Shown here: positions 1 through 11,438 of the stretch, piece after piece
How positions within the stretch are numbered: position 1 is the first letter of the stretch
How the letters are laid out: every line of letters starts with the position of its first letter
Origin: Eledone cirrhosa
Taxonomy: Eukaryota
DNA: 64,000 nt
Direction: 5' to 3'
Assembly: GCA_964016885.1 (NCBI GenBank)
Contig: OZ024743.1
Span: forward strand, 285,572,001-285,636,000
Position numbers and translations under genes: made by a program
Notes under the pieces: model-generated
Databases searched by the model: none
Told to the model about the DNA's origin: nothing
What the model saw: only the letters and a program-made list of their open reading frames with translations

Positions 1-277
1 ACTCCTTATACAATATCCATTGCTTCCAGTGTGCAAGAGAAGCCATCATTTTCTCTGTGTGAAGATGTGTGAAGAAAATAACAAAATGGTTTTACGTTTA
101 TTTATGTTTTTACAATGAAGATTATATCTTAAAACTGTAGTTATACATGAAATTTATAAAAAGGATTTTTCTTATATCTACTGTATTGTGTGTGCGTATG
201 CATGTGTATGTGTGTGTACGCACATGAGTATGTGTGTGTGTGAGTGTGCATGTGTATGTATGTGTGTATGTGTGTGT

Positions 278-475
278 AGATTGTATGATACCTTTGTGTG
301 AAATGCAATACTACATGGCAGTGAGATATGGACTTTAACCATAGAAGATCTGTGAAGGCTAGAAAGAAATGAAGTGAGTGTGTTCTGGCGCATGTGTAAT
401 GTTAGTGTGCATTGTTAATTGCACTGAAAGAAAAACTCTGTATAAGAAGAATTCGATGTAGTGGGCAAGAGAATA
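278..475 (+). mobile_element. Degenerate RTE-clade LINE fragment (post-RT region)
   Basis: Reads LYD..LHGSEIW..EDL*RLERNE, homologous to the RTE copies at 4120-4260 and 45407-45600; contains stops. Confidence 0.8.
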
Positions 476-547
476 TTTTGAGTATATGCTGAAGGCATTT
501 TTGGTGAAACTGCTCCAACATTCTAACATGCTGTGTGTACAAAGTCC

Positions 548-771
548 ATTTTTTAAACAAATGACCATATAATCATGTGGTAACTTGTATAATACATGTC
601 TGAATATAAAGTTTTATTCATTTTGATAACGTTTATAAAGTTATTTACATATTAAGCATTTTTAAAAATTGTAAATAAAATTGAATGGTTCTTTTTCATA
701 CACCCTATATATATGTGTGTGTGTGTTGTATAAGTTATTGCATAATTATATGGTCATTTGTTTAAAAAAAT
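548..771. repeat. Imperfect ~50 bp inverted repeat, possible MITE remnant
   Basis: 548-596 (TTTAAACAAATGACCATATAAT..TAACTT) is the reverse complement of 723-771. Confidence 0.6.
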
Positions 772-876
772 ATAGCCTTTTGAAATATAGCCTTTTTGAT
801 ACACCTGGTGATAAACAGGTGAAACTCCATAGTAACAAGACTCATTATTTAGCCATTAATGAAATGAGTTTAGACC

Positions 877-972
877 GGAAACTATATTCCCGGACGAGCC
901 AAATATAGTTTCCCATCTAAACCCATGCTAGCATGGAAGATAGACGTTAAACGATGATGATGATGATGATGA
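877..972 (+). mobile_element. Short RTE 3' tail preceded by a 12-bp hairpin
   Basis: CCCATGCTAGCATGGAAG..GACGTTAAAC(GAT)n tail; GGAAACTATATT 877-888 pairs with AATATAGTTTCC 902-913. Confidence 0.7.
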
Positions 973-1134
973 ATATATACCTGCTTTCCTATATGCAGGG
1001 GCTGAGGCATACATCTACTATATACCACCTTCCCTCACATCACCCTTCCCATTCACCTCCCTTGTTGTATTCACCCCACCCATGTCCTAACACCCCTCCC
1101 CTAGATCGACATCCCTGATTCCCCCACCCAGTGC

Positions 1135-1353
1135 CCTGACAATGAGCGCCCAGTCCACACTGTAAAGTGGTTGTGTAGGTGTCATGACAAAAAGCACCCA
1201 GCCCACACTGTAGAGTGATTGGCATTAGGAAGGGTATCCAGCTGTAGAAATCAAGCCAAAATCAGTTCTGTGCTGTGTGAGCAAAACACGGTCATCCAAC
1301 CTGATTGTCTCACAATGGGACAGCTCATCTAATCCATCTAATGATGATGATGA
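1135..1353 (+). mobile_element. RTE 3' UTR remnant with (GAT)n tail
   Basis: CACACTGTA repeats, AGGAAGGGTATCCAGCTGTAGAAA motif and (GAT)n, as in the other RTE 3' ends. Confidence 0.75.
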
Positions 1354-1354
1354 T

Positions 1355-1487
1355 ATATAATAGAGAGTCAGGGCCCAACATCTGAGCTCTTGCCATTTCA
1401 ACAGCAAATTCCAGACTGAAATTATGTCTGGAATTTGCCTTCGAAATGACAAGGGCTCAACCATCAGACCCTGACTCTCTATTATAT
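1355..1487. repeat. Fold-back (imperfect palindrome) of an unclassified repeat
   Basis: ATATAATAGAGAGTCAGGG 1355-1373 pairs with 1469-1487; GCAAATTCCAGAC 1404-1416 pairs with 1426-1438; 1443-1553 is homologous to 2467-2580. Confidence 0.75.
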
Positions 1488-1898
1488 TTACACTCTACTA
1501 TTCTGAGTAATGAGTATTCTGCTGAATAATGGTGTCCTACTAGTTTAAAACTGGTATACATATATAAAACAAAATTTGTTTTTGCAAAGCCGGTTGTAAA
1601 ATCGCTCAGTATGCAATTGAGGCTAATGTATACATTTAAGAATACTATGTACTCTCAGAAGTTCCAAATCATAGCTAACGAGCAGAATACATAAACTTGA
1701 TAAGGAGCAAGACACTCCAAAACTATTAATTGTCATTTATTTTCTTTCAGCTACCGCTGGAACATAAGCGTGACATCATCATCCCTATCCCGTGGTGTTT
1801 TATGAGGCTGTTTACTTGAAAACAAACTGAATATCAATAATGTTATGATGTTATTATAATATTATTATTATTCACTCACGAATACACACATATATATG

Positions 1899-2452
1899 TC
1901 ATCATCATCATCACTTTACGTCTGCTTTGCCCTACTTGCAAGGGTGGGATGGGTCCTCTTCAGCTCAGCATCTCTCCATTTGTCACGATCCCTTGTCATC
2001 TCTTCTGTGAGCTTCAGCGATCTGAGGTCAGCTCTCACCACCTCCACCTCCACCCATGTTTTTCATGGTCGTCCTCTATTGTGTCTTCCTTCCACCAGGA
2101 TTTCATGGCACTTCTTCACCCAGCCGTCATCTTTCATGCACATCACATGGCCATACCAACACAGTCTTCTGTCCTGCACACTACAGTTTATCCCGCTTAT
2201 ACACAGTTTCACTCTCAACTCGTCCATGCTTGGTCGTTCATGCACATTGACAATGCACATCCATCGGAGCATACTTGCTTCATTTCTCTCCACCCTTCAC
2301 ATATCCTCTGCAGTTGCTGCCCATGCCTCACTACCATGCAGCATCGTGCATCTCACACAGGCATCATACAACCGACCTTTTGTTTGTAGGGAGAAACCCT
2401 TCGTTGTCAACAGAGGAAACAGCTCCCTAAACTTCTTCCATCCTGTCCTAGC
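1899..2452 (-). mobile_element. 5'-truncated RTE LINE
   Basis: Minus ORF 2063-2293 MERNEASMLRWMC..RRLCWYGHVMCMKDDGWVKKC..GRP; (GAT)n tail at 1899-1911. Confidence 0.9.
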
Positions 2453-2610
2453 CTGGAACTAGTTGTTGAAATGGCAAAAGCTCAGCCATCGGGTCCTGAC
2501 TCTTTTTGATATAACAATACTCTACTACCCCAAGTATCGAGTACTCTGTAGAGTAATAGTCTAACCAATTTCAAACTGAATCCATCCTGATTTATATATA
2601 TATATATATA

Positions 2611-4968
2611 AAGAAGACAAGTGTACTTTGCAATAAGAGAAGCAGAGGAAAGAAAGCTCAGGCATGTTCTACAATGCGAGGACCAAAAACGTGAGGTGTT
2701 CAGGATTGCAAGACAATGTGTCAAGGAAAATTGTGATATTGTCGGGGAGAAGTGTGTCCATAATGATGATGGTGTACTTGCCATCACTGATGCTGATAAG
2801 AAGATAGCTTGGAAGTGTCACTACGAGAGACTACTAAATGAGGAGAATAAATAGGAAAAAGATAGTCTGCCCAAATCGATCCAATAGAGGGACCAGCAGT
2901 GCAAGTTGAAGGTAGTATAATAAGTAAGGCAATCAAAGATATGAAGATAGGCAAGGCAGCTGGGCCTTCGGGGATAGTTGCTGAAACGCTGAAAGCATCT
3001 GGAATGGCGTGACACACTATAGTCACCCGGATAGTAAACCAAGTCATACAGAATGGGGTCATACCAAATGACTGGCATAGCAGCATCATCATAGCAGCAT
3101 CATCATGCTACAAGGGTAAAGGAGATGCCCTAGATAGGGGAAACTATAGAGGCATTAAATTAGTTGACCAGGTCATGAAGGTCACAGAAAGAGTTATAGC
3201 GCAACTAATCAGAGAGCGAATTGATCTAGATGAAATGCAGTTTGGGTTTGTGTCAGTTAAAAGTAGCATAGACGCTCTTTTCCTTGTACGACAACTACAG
3301 GAGAAGTACCTAGCTAAAAGTAAACCCCTATACTTAGCTTTTGTTGACTTGGAGAAAGCCTTTGACAGAGTCCCCTGCTCCATTATCTGGTGGGCTCTTA
3401 GAAAACTAGGTATTGATGAATGGCTTGTGAGAGCTATACAAGCCATGTATAAAGAAACAGTCAGCAAGGTTAGAATTAATAACAAATATAGTGAAGAATT
3501 TAGTGTAAAAGTTGTTGCTCATCAAGGCTGTCCTTAGCCCCCTCCTTCAGGCTATAACAGAGGAGTTCAAGACCGGCTGCCCATGGGAACTTCTATATGC
3601 AGATGATCTAACTCTCATAGCTGAATCGATGGGTGAACTAGAGAAGAAATTCCAAACATGGAAGCATGGCTTAGAATCAAAAGGTCTTAAATTTAACTTG
3701 TCTAAGACAAAAGTTCTAGTGTGTAGAAAGGAAAATAGGGCACAGGTACCCTCTGGGAAATGGCCATGCTCAGTGTGTAGGAAAGGAGTAGGCAGAAATT
3801 CCATTTTATGTCCCAAATGCAAACTATGGGTACATAAAAGATGTAGTGGGATCACAGGTAAGCTATCTAAAAACGTAGATTTTATATGTGGCCGATGCTC
3901 AGGTGCAATAAGTAGCAAGTGCCCACAGGATACTAGCTCCTTCTATTGCCCAGATGGTTCTATAGAAATAGTGGACACCTTCCGTTACCTGGGTGACAAA
4001 ATCAGCAGTGGTGGAGGGTGCTCTGAAAGTGCAGTAGCCAGAGTCAGAACGGGATGGAAAAAGTTCAGAGAGCTTATACCACTATTGGCCTCTAAAGGTT
4101 TCTCTCTAAAAATGAAAGGCAGATTGTATGATGCCTGCATACGAACAGCAATGTTACATGGCAGTAATACATGGGCATTGTGTGCAGAGGATCTGCACAG
4201 ACTGGAGAGGAATGAAGTATGCATGCTCCATTGGATGTGTAATAGTAATATACGTGAACGGCAAAACATAAATAAACTAAGTGAGTAATTAGAAATAAGA
4301 GGGATCAGATGCTGTTTACTCGAGAGAAGACTACGTTGGTATGGTCACGTGATGGGCACGAAAGACGATAGTTGTATAAAAAAGTGCAGGGAGATCAAAA
4401 TTGATGGAAGTTACAGAGTAGGTAGACCCAGAAAAACCTGGGACGATTTGATAAATTCCAACCTTACACACTTGCACCTCTCTAAGACAATGTCACTGGA
4501 CCGAGATCTTTGGCATTACGCAGTAATACAGAAGACCCGCCTTGCCTATGTACAAAGCGAAACCTACAGTCAGTAGGTATCTCTTAACCAAATACCCCCC
4601 CCCCCCCCCCCCCATCCCACTACCCTACTCCACCCCGCACTCCCACCAACACCACCCTTTCTCTGTAAAGTTATGTTGGTACCACAACATCCAGTCCAAA
4701 ATAAATGAGGTCGTGTAGGTGTCACAACAAAAAAACACACAGTCCACACTGTAATGTGGCCGTGTAGGTAACACGGTAAAAACCTCCCAGTTCCACACTG
4801 TAAACGTGGTTGGTGTTAGGAAGGGCATCCAGCCATAGAAAACCTGCCAGACATTCCTATACGAGCGAGACATGGTCACCCGACCAATCTTGCCTCAAGT
4901 GGGACAATCCCATCTAAACCCATATTAGCATGGAAGATTAAGGTTAAACGATGATGATGATGATGATG
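2611..4968 (+). mobile_element. RTE-clade LINE, 5'-truncated, with frameshifted reverse transcriptase and embedded PHD finger
   Basis: RT motifs NYRGIKL, QFGF, AFVDLEKAFDRVP, HQG, LLYADD (3596-3607), FRYLGD, RLRWYGHV, GRPRKTW spread over ORFs 2621-2854, 3175-3537, 3512-4288 and 4349-4576; (GAT)n tail 4950-4968. Confidence 0.95.
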
Positions 4969-5375
4969 AATCCAAAGTTTGAAAGCCACGACAATGCTGA
5001 TTTGGACAGATAATAATTAGATCATAAAAAACAGGGCTAGTTTTTTTACCTTAATTTATTCATACGTTCTGATATTTCGAGATTAGTATCTCTTCTTCCA
5101 AGGAAAATCAAGAAACTATTCTAGTGTCTGCTGTGGCTTGCTATACCATGTTGGCCATGTCGTGGCTTTCAAATTTTGAATTCTTTATACCATATAATAA
5201 TATGCTTCAAGTAAACTACAAATTCCTTCTATATATATATATATATATGTATTTGAATTTCGTATTTCTAAAGAAATACGGTATGTTTATAAATAAACAT
5301 TTAGAAAGATGTAGCTATGCAAAAACACTGGCAGCTAACACCACCCAGCGGTGTCCAGCAGAAGCAAAGGGAACA

Positions 5376-5419
5376 ATTGTCGATGCATTTCCAACTGAAC
5401 TGGTTCTCATCAGGATGAT
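5376..5419 (-). ncRNA. Minimal type I hammerhead ribozyme motif, family A (stem II closing pair mutated)
   Basis: Minus strand AUCAUC CUGAUGA GAAC CAGUUCA GUUG GAAA UGCAUC GACAAU. Confidence 0.7.
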
Positions 5420-5598
5420 GAAATTCAAATACATATTTGTACACTATGTTCGAAGCTAAATTCTAATTCTATTCTATTATAAGTTGAGCCCACTTATACA
5501 GTTTCATATGCAAATGAGATTAATCGCCTCATTTACACAGATGAGAAAATATATATTCTCGCCTGTTTTCAAGTCCAGCAGTTACAAGAGCGGGAGAG

Positions 5599-5642
5599 AT
5601 CATCCTAATGAGAACCAGTTCAGTTCGAAATGCATCGACGAT
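5599..5642 (+). ncRNA. Minimal type I hammerhead ribozyme motif, family A (core G5>A)
   Basis: AUCAUC CUAAUGA GAAC CAGUUCA GUUC GAAA UGCAUC GACGAU; palindromic stem III AUGCAU; AUC triplet. Confidence 0.7.
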
Positions 5643-5821
5643 TGTCCCCCTTGCTGCTGCTGGACACTGCTGGGTGGTGTTAGCTGCCAGTGTTTTTGCA
5701 TATCTACAGCTTTCTAAATGTTTATTTATAAATATACTGTATTTCTTTAGAAATATGAAATTCAAATACATATTTGTATGCAGCTATGTTCAAAGCTAAA
5801 TTCTAATTCTATTATATATAT

Positions 5822-6102
5822 ATTCTCAGACCGGGTGATGTGTTGTTTCCTTGAGCAAGGCACTTTATTTCACATTGCTCCAGTTTACTCATCTGTAGAA
5901 ATGAGATGATAGAGACTGGGGTCTCTATCATTCCACTGCAAAGTGGTCGTGGAGGTGCCACGGCAAAAAAGCACCCAGCACTCACTGTAAATGAGGTTGG
6001 TGTTAAGAAGGGCATCCAGCTGTAGAAATCAAGCCAGAATCAGTTCCCGTCCGACCCTTGCAAGCAGGGAAAAGTGGACGTAAAATGAAATGATGATGAT
6101 GA

Positions 6103-6105
<3 letters not shown>
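5822..6105 (+). mobile_element. 5'-truncated CORE-type SINE with RTE-derived tail
   Basis: TCCTTGAGCAAGGCACTTTATTTCAC CORE-like box, RTE 3' UTR motif and (GAT)n; near-identical to 10200-10482. Confidence 0.8.
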
Positions 6106-6138
<33 letters not shown>

Positions 6139-7007
6139 GTGTGTGTGTGTATATGTACAAGTGCTTAACTTATTGGTAGATATATGTACATAGATGTTTA
6201 TGTGAATATGCCTATATATGTATGTATATATGTATGTATGTATGTGCTTACAATGACTAGAATGCAATAGTTAAAGTTTCTGGGCAGTCTTTCAAGGTAA
6301 CTGTATTCATCAGTAGGTGAAGACGGAGAATGGATAACACTTGAAAGTTTTAAGCAACACTTGGTAGTTACATAACCCAACATGTCAAGTGCTATTTATT
6401 CTACATAATATCAGGTGCCATTTTAAACGTTATCAACTATTATCTATGGCTTTTTTCCAACCTACTGGTGAATGCATAGGTTTGTAACCCTAGTTACGAC
6501 ATATATACATTCATTCGGTCAACTCAACACATTACCCATATAAATGGTAATTTGCATACAAAGCACACACTATTTCTCTCTTATGCACATGTTCTTTCAC
6601 ACGTGCATTCATTCACATGTATACACACATATGAGAGAATATATTAGGCCTGTTCACATTTTTGTAAACATCTATTTATGCTTTGTTCTTATCATGGAGT
6701 ATTTTGGGTAGAGCTCAATTTAGATATGAGGGACCTCTTTGTGTATGTGTGTGTGTGTGTTTTTTTACACATTTAATTTGTCAAATAAAGATTCTTTGAT
6801 GAAATATTTGAACATCACATGAACAATTCATGTTTGTTCATTCATTTTTAATAGAAAGTGTTTCTGTATTTTAGAATTATCTCTGATAAATAGAGTCAAC
6901 TTTGTTAGCTCCTTCATTTGGATTAAATTACAAGTATGAAAACAGAAAATGAATGAAATATTTGTAGCCAGTAAGTCAGTCTGTCTGTATGCATGTATGT
7001 CTGTATA

Positions 7008-7213
7008 CAAGGATCAGCTGAAAAGTTCATAGGCTGACTATGAAGGAGTCATGCAAGAGCTGTGAAATCTTGCATACATTAATTTCAACTCTTCTTATTG
7101 CATTGTTTCTTTTCAAGGAATATGTTGAAAAATAAACCTCATTTGGTAATTCCATGAGAGTATCTTGGCCCACTTATGAACTTTTCAGCCTATGAACTTT
7201 TTGGCCAACCTTG
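7008..7213. mobile_element. Tc1/mariner-type MITE
   Basis: TIRs CAAGGATCAGCTGAAAAGTTCATAGGCTGA and TCAGCCTATGAACTTTTTGGCCAACCTTG; TA on the left flank. Confidence 0.7.
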
Positions 7214-7366
7214 TCTGTATGTCTACAAGTGTCTTCATTTACATAGATATGTGCATATATACAATGTATGTATATATGTATGTATATACATGTGTGCTAT
7301 ATGTATGTATATGTGTAGAGAAGCATGTATGTGTGTAGGCATGGGTAGGCACAAACACACACATGC

Positions 7367-7400
<34 letters not shown>

Positions 7401-7411
7401 TGTCACGTTAA

Positions 7412-7448
<37 letters not shown>

Positions 7449-8621
7449 TTTCATAGTTTTTGTATGTAAAACTACGACAAGGATAAATTCTATGATATTT
7501 GTGGCGTAGATGTTAAATTTCTAATAATTTGCATTGGTGACCTAGGAGCAACTCCTCATCTATTTCATTTTCTTAGTTGTGTGTGTGTGTGAGAGAGGGG
7601 GGGAGAGGAAGAGATTTGGGGAGGGGGGGACAGGGGGAGCGAGAGGGGGAAGAGAGAGAGGGAGAGAGAGAAAGAAGGTGAGAAGGATGAATGTTCCCTC
7701 CCCATCCACCTCTACCTATACTCATTCTCCTGGAGTCAATAGTTTTCACAATCCTTTCAAAAAGACCTCTAGTCAAGAAATAATGAACATCTTAATATTT
7801 AATGCATTAGCTTATAAATTACCTTTAATCTTTATATTGCTCTCTTCACCTCTTTCTGTCTCCTTATCACTCCACTAGCACACACACACATACACTCACT
7901 CACACACACACATATATATATATATGAAAATGAGGTAAAAAAAAACAAAAATAAAACCGAGATGTCCTACATATACATACATGTATGTATGTATAGGTCA
8001 CGGGGTAAACTGTGAGAGACAGAGATTACTGTTATATTTTTCATGGTCAGAGATATCAGAGATATCTATATATGGGTTATCATCAATTCTGTTGACTTGG
8101 CAAATATTAATGATGTATCTGAAATGTAAGAGCTACTAACAGGGATTCTAAAATGACTGCACTCAATTCACCTGAAACTTAGATATTTCAATTTTGCACT
8201 TTCCACATACATTCCCATCTAATCATTTATTAATCTATCTATCATTATCCTACAAGTGTCTGTTTATTGTTTAATTCTTATGCAAAGGTGATTTAACATA
8301 AGTGATTCTAATATAATCTATTGGATTAAAAGACATAACATTTATATAACATCATGTATCCAATTTCAAACTAAATAAGCTGTTTACAAGCTTAAACATC
8401 TCTGCTTGAAAACAGTTGTTACTCAACACACACATACAGGCACTCACACACACACATTCACATACAAAATGTTATCTGACTATATCTTGTGTCAGACCAT
8501 GACAAATTGTCCACTCTATGCCAGCATGGAAAATGGACATGAAATAATAATTGTTTCTACTTTAGGCACAAGGCCAGCAATTACCCAGTGCATTACTGGT
8601 AAATAATGATGATATACATTT

Positions 8622-9770
8622 CATCATCATCTCCTCTGCGAGTCTCAGCAATTTGAGGTCAGCTCTCAGCACTTCTTCCCAGGTCTTTCTTGGTTACCTC
8701 TACCATGGTTTCCTTCCACTGGCATGTCTTCACCTATCATTCATCATCCATGCGCATCACATGTCTGTGCCAATGCAATCTTCTCTCCTGCACACCACCT
8801 CAGATTCCAGTTTCTCCCTCAGTTCAACCAAGCTCTGCTTTTCTCTCACACTTACATTGCACATCCAGTGGAGCATGGCTGCTTCATTTCTCTCCAGTCT
8901 ATGCATGTCTTCTGCAGTCACTGCCCATGTTTCACTGCCATGCAGCATCAAATTTCACACACAAGTATCATACAGTCATTCTTTTGTACATAGGAAGAAA
9001 CCTTTTTTTCTCAACAGTGGGAGTTGCTCTATAAATGGCTTCTATCCTATCATTATTCTAGCTATTATGCTCTCAGAGCACCATCCTCTGCTGCTAATTA
9101 AGTCACCTAGATAGTAGAAGCTATCAACCACTTCTATGGACCCTTCCTATGACTTAAAGAGGTTTATATCACTGATGTTCTTCCCCTTGATTACTCCTGT
9201 GCATCTTCTACATACAAAGTCTTCCTTTCCTGTTAGTCTGTCCATTATCCCACTACATTTTTTGTGTACCCAAAATTTACATTATGTACATTGTATGAAG
9301 TTGATGCCTACTCCTTCTTTACATATTGAACAAGGCCACATCTCGGAAGAGATCAGGGTCTTATCTTCTTTCCTACTCGATACCACTTTAGTTTTGGTTA
9401 AGTTTACTTTCAGACCCTTTAATTCCAAATTCTGTTTCCATAGTCAGAACTTATTTTCTAGTTCTTTTATGGATTTGGCTATAAGGACCAAATCATCTGC
9501 ATAGAGAAGTTCCCATAGACAGCCAGTCTTAAACTCCTGTTAAGGCCTGGGGCACTATAATGCACAGCATGGGCTAAGAACTAAACCTTGATGAATTCCT
9601 ACCTGTACCTTGAATTCCTCACTAAACTCACTTTACTGACAGCTCCTCTGTACATGGCTTGCACTGGTCTCACCAACCATTCTTCTACACCTAATTTCCT
9701 TAAAGCCCACGTGATAATAGATCGAGGTACTCTGTCAAAGTCATTTTCTAGATCAACAAAAGATCAATAA
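8622..9770 (-). mobile_element. Degenerate RTE LINE (RT, PHD and C-terminal region)
   Basis: Minus strand FVDLENDFDRVP, LLYADDL, CSICKEGVG, MLHGSETWAVTAEDMHRLERNE; several stops. Confidence 0.9.
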
Positions 9771-10199
9771 CATCTATTTGTCTATTGAACTCTCTATCTA
9801 TCTTCCTACTTATCTGTCTGTATATCTATCAATCTATCCATCTTTGCAAGTATCATGGCTATTAATGAACTTTTAATAATTAATCCACATATTTCCTTTA
9901 TTTATATCTGTCTGTATATTTCTTGTTATACATATATAGGTGTGTGTGTGTGTATGCATATCAGCAACCTATACCATCGCTGCCCCAATGATATGAGCCT
10001 TTACAGTACAGAAGAAGGTTATCTGGTGTGCAGAACCCCATCTATCTATCTATCTATCTATCTACCAACCCATCTATCTGTATGTCTGCCTGTCTGTCAA
10101 TCTACAATTATCTAGCAATGTATCTATTTTTGGACAACAACAACAAAAAAGCACATGCACATATGCATATATATATATATATATATATATATCATTATT

Positions 10200-10482
10200 T
10201 TCATCATCATCATTATTTTACGTCCGCTTTTCCCTGCTTGCAAAGGGTGGGACGGGAACTGATTCTGGCTTGATTTCTACAGCTGGATGACCTTCCTAAC
10301 ACCAACCTCATTTAAAGTGAGTGCTGGATGCTTTTTTGCCGTGGCACCTCCACGACCACTTTGCAGTGGAATGATATGGACCCCAGTCCCTATCATCTCA
10401 TTTCTACAGCTGAGTAAACTGGAGCAATGTGAAATAAAGTGTCTTGCTCAAGGAAACAACACATCACCCGGTCTGAGAATTA
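10200..10482 (-). mobile_element. 5'-truncated CORE-type SINE with RTE tail
   Basis: Reverse complement of 5822-6105. Confidence 0.8.
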
Positions 10483-10534
10483 TATATATATATATTAAAA
10501 TACAAATATTAATAAAATAGATGTTCTTTGATCA

Positions 10535-10597
10535 ATTACATTTTATTATACATATTTCGGAGGTACAACAGTACATCCTCATCAGACAAAATATAAT
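10535..10597 (-). ncRNA. Type I hammerhead ribozyme, family B (mirror copy)
   Basis: Exact reverse complement of 10698-10760. Confidence 0.85.
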
Positions 10598-10697
10598 GAT
10601 ACATGACATACCCTGAGATGCTAAATGGTTAAGATTTAATCAATTATTAAATTGATTAAATCTTAACCATTTAACATCTCAGGGTATGTCATGTATC

Positions 10698-10760
10698 ATT
10701 ATATTTTGTCTGATGAGGATGTACTGTTGTACCTCCGAAATATGTATAATAAAATGTAAT
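10698..10760 (+). ncRNA. Type I hammerhead ribozyme, family B, intact core
   Basis: AUUAUAUUUUGU CUGAUGA GGAUGUAC UGUU GUACCUCC GAAA UAUGUAUA AUAAAAUGUAAU; 12-bp stem I with two G.U pairs, G-C closing stem II, AUA triplet. Confidence 0.85.
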
Positions 10761-10904
10761 TGATCAAAGAACATCTATTTTATTAATATTTGTATTTTAA
10801 TATTAATAACTCTGGAAAATTATTTTCCATAGAGTGCTTCCAATCTACTGTAAAACTCATTCTCTGATATACTCATTGAATCTTGTTTAACTCTTTAATA
10901 TTGG

Positions 10905-11438
10905 TAGGTATGGACATGTGATGCATATGAAGGATGACAGCTGCATAAAAAGGTGCAGAGCACTAGAAGTCAATGGAAGCCGCGGTGTAGGGAAACCCAA
11001 GAAGACCTGGGATGAGGTGATAGGGGCTGACCTTACCCAATTACACCTCTCAAAGGCGATGACACACGACCGTGACCTCTGGCGTCACGCAGTAATACAG
11101 AGTACCCGACGTTCCATGGGTACAAGCTGAAGCATATAGACAATATGCCCCCACACCCTCCCACTGCAAAGTGGTCGTGGAGGTGCCATGGCAAAAAAGC
11201 ACCCAGCCCACACTGTAAAGTGGACGTGTAGGCGCCACGGAAAAAGCACCCAGCACTCACTGTAAATGAGGTTGGTGTTAGGAAGGGCATCCAACTGTAG
11301 AAATCAAGCCAAAATCAGTTCCTGTATGAGCAAGGCATGGTCAGCCGATCAGACACTGCCCACAACAAGACAACCCGTCTAACCCATGCTAGCATGGAAG
11401 AACGGACGTAAAACGGTGATGATGATGATGATGATGAT
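10905..11438 (+). mobile_element. 5'-truncated RTE LINE 3' end
   Basis: YGHVMHMKDDSCIKRC..GKPKKTWDEV, 3' UTR and (GAT)n; very similar to 45630-46153. Confidence 0.9.

Larger units (their letters stand above)
5245..5813. mobile_element. Inverted-repeat element carrying two hammerhead motifs (Penelope pLTR/retrozyme-like)
   Basis: Arms 5245-5419 and 5599-5773 are reverse complements; direct repeat 5418-5480/5755-5813; (TA)n on both flanks. Confidence 0.75.
10492..10803. repeat. Near-perfect 312-bp palindrome (154-bp arms, 4-nt loop)
   Basis: Positions pair with sum 21295; centre CAATT-ATTA-AATTG; one mismatch seen (10621/10674). Confidence 0.95.

Noticed and set aside
5124-5771. Twin ORFs MYLNF..KTLAANTTQ on opposite strands
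   Set aside because: Consequence of the inverted repeat; antisense to the hammerheads and no recognisable protein.
6270-6320. Minus-strand CUGAUGA..GAAA
   Set aside because: No convincing stem I or stem III/NUH.
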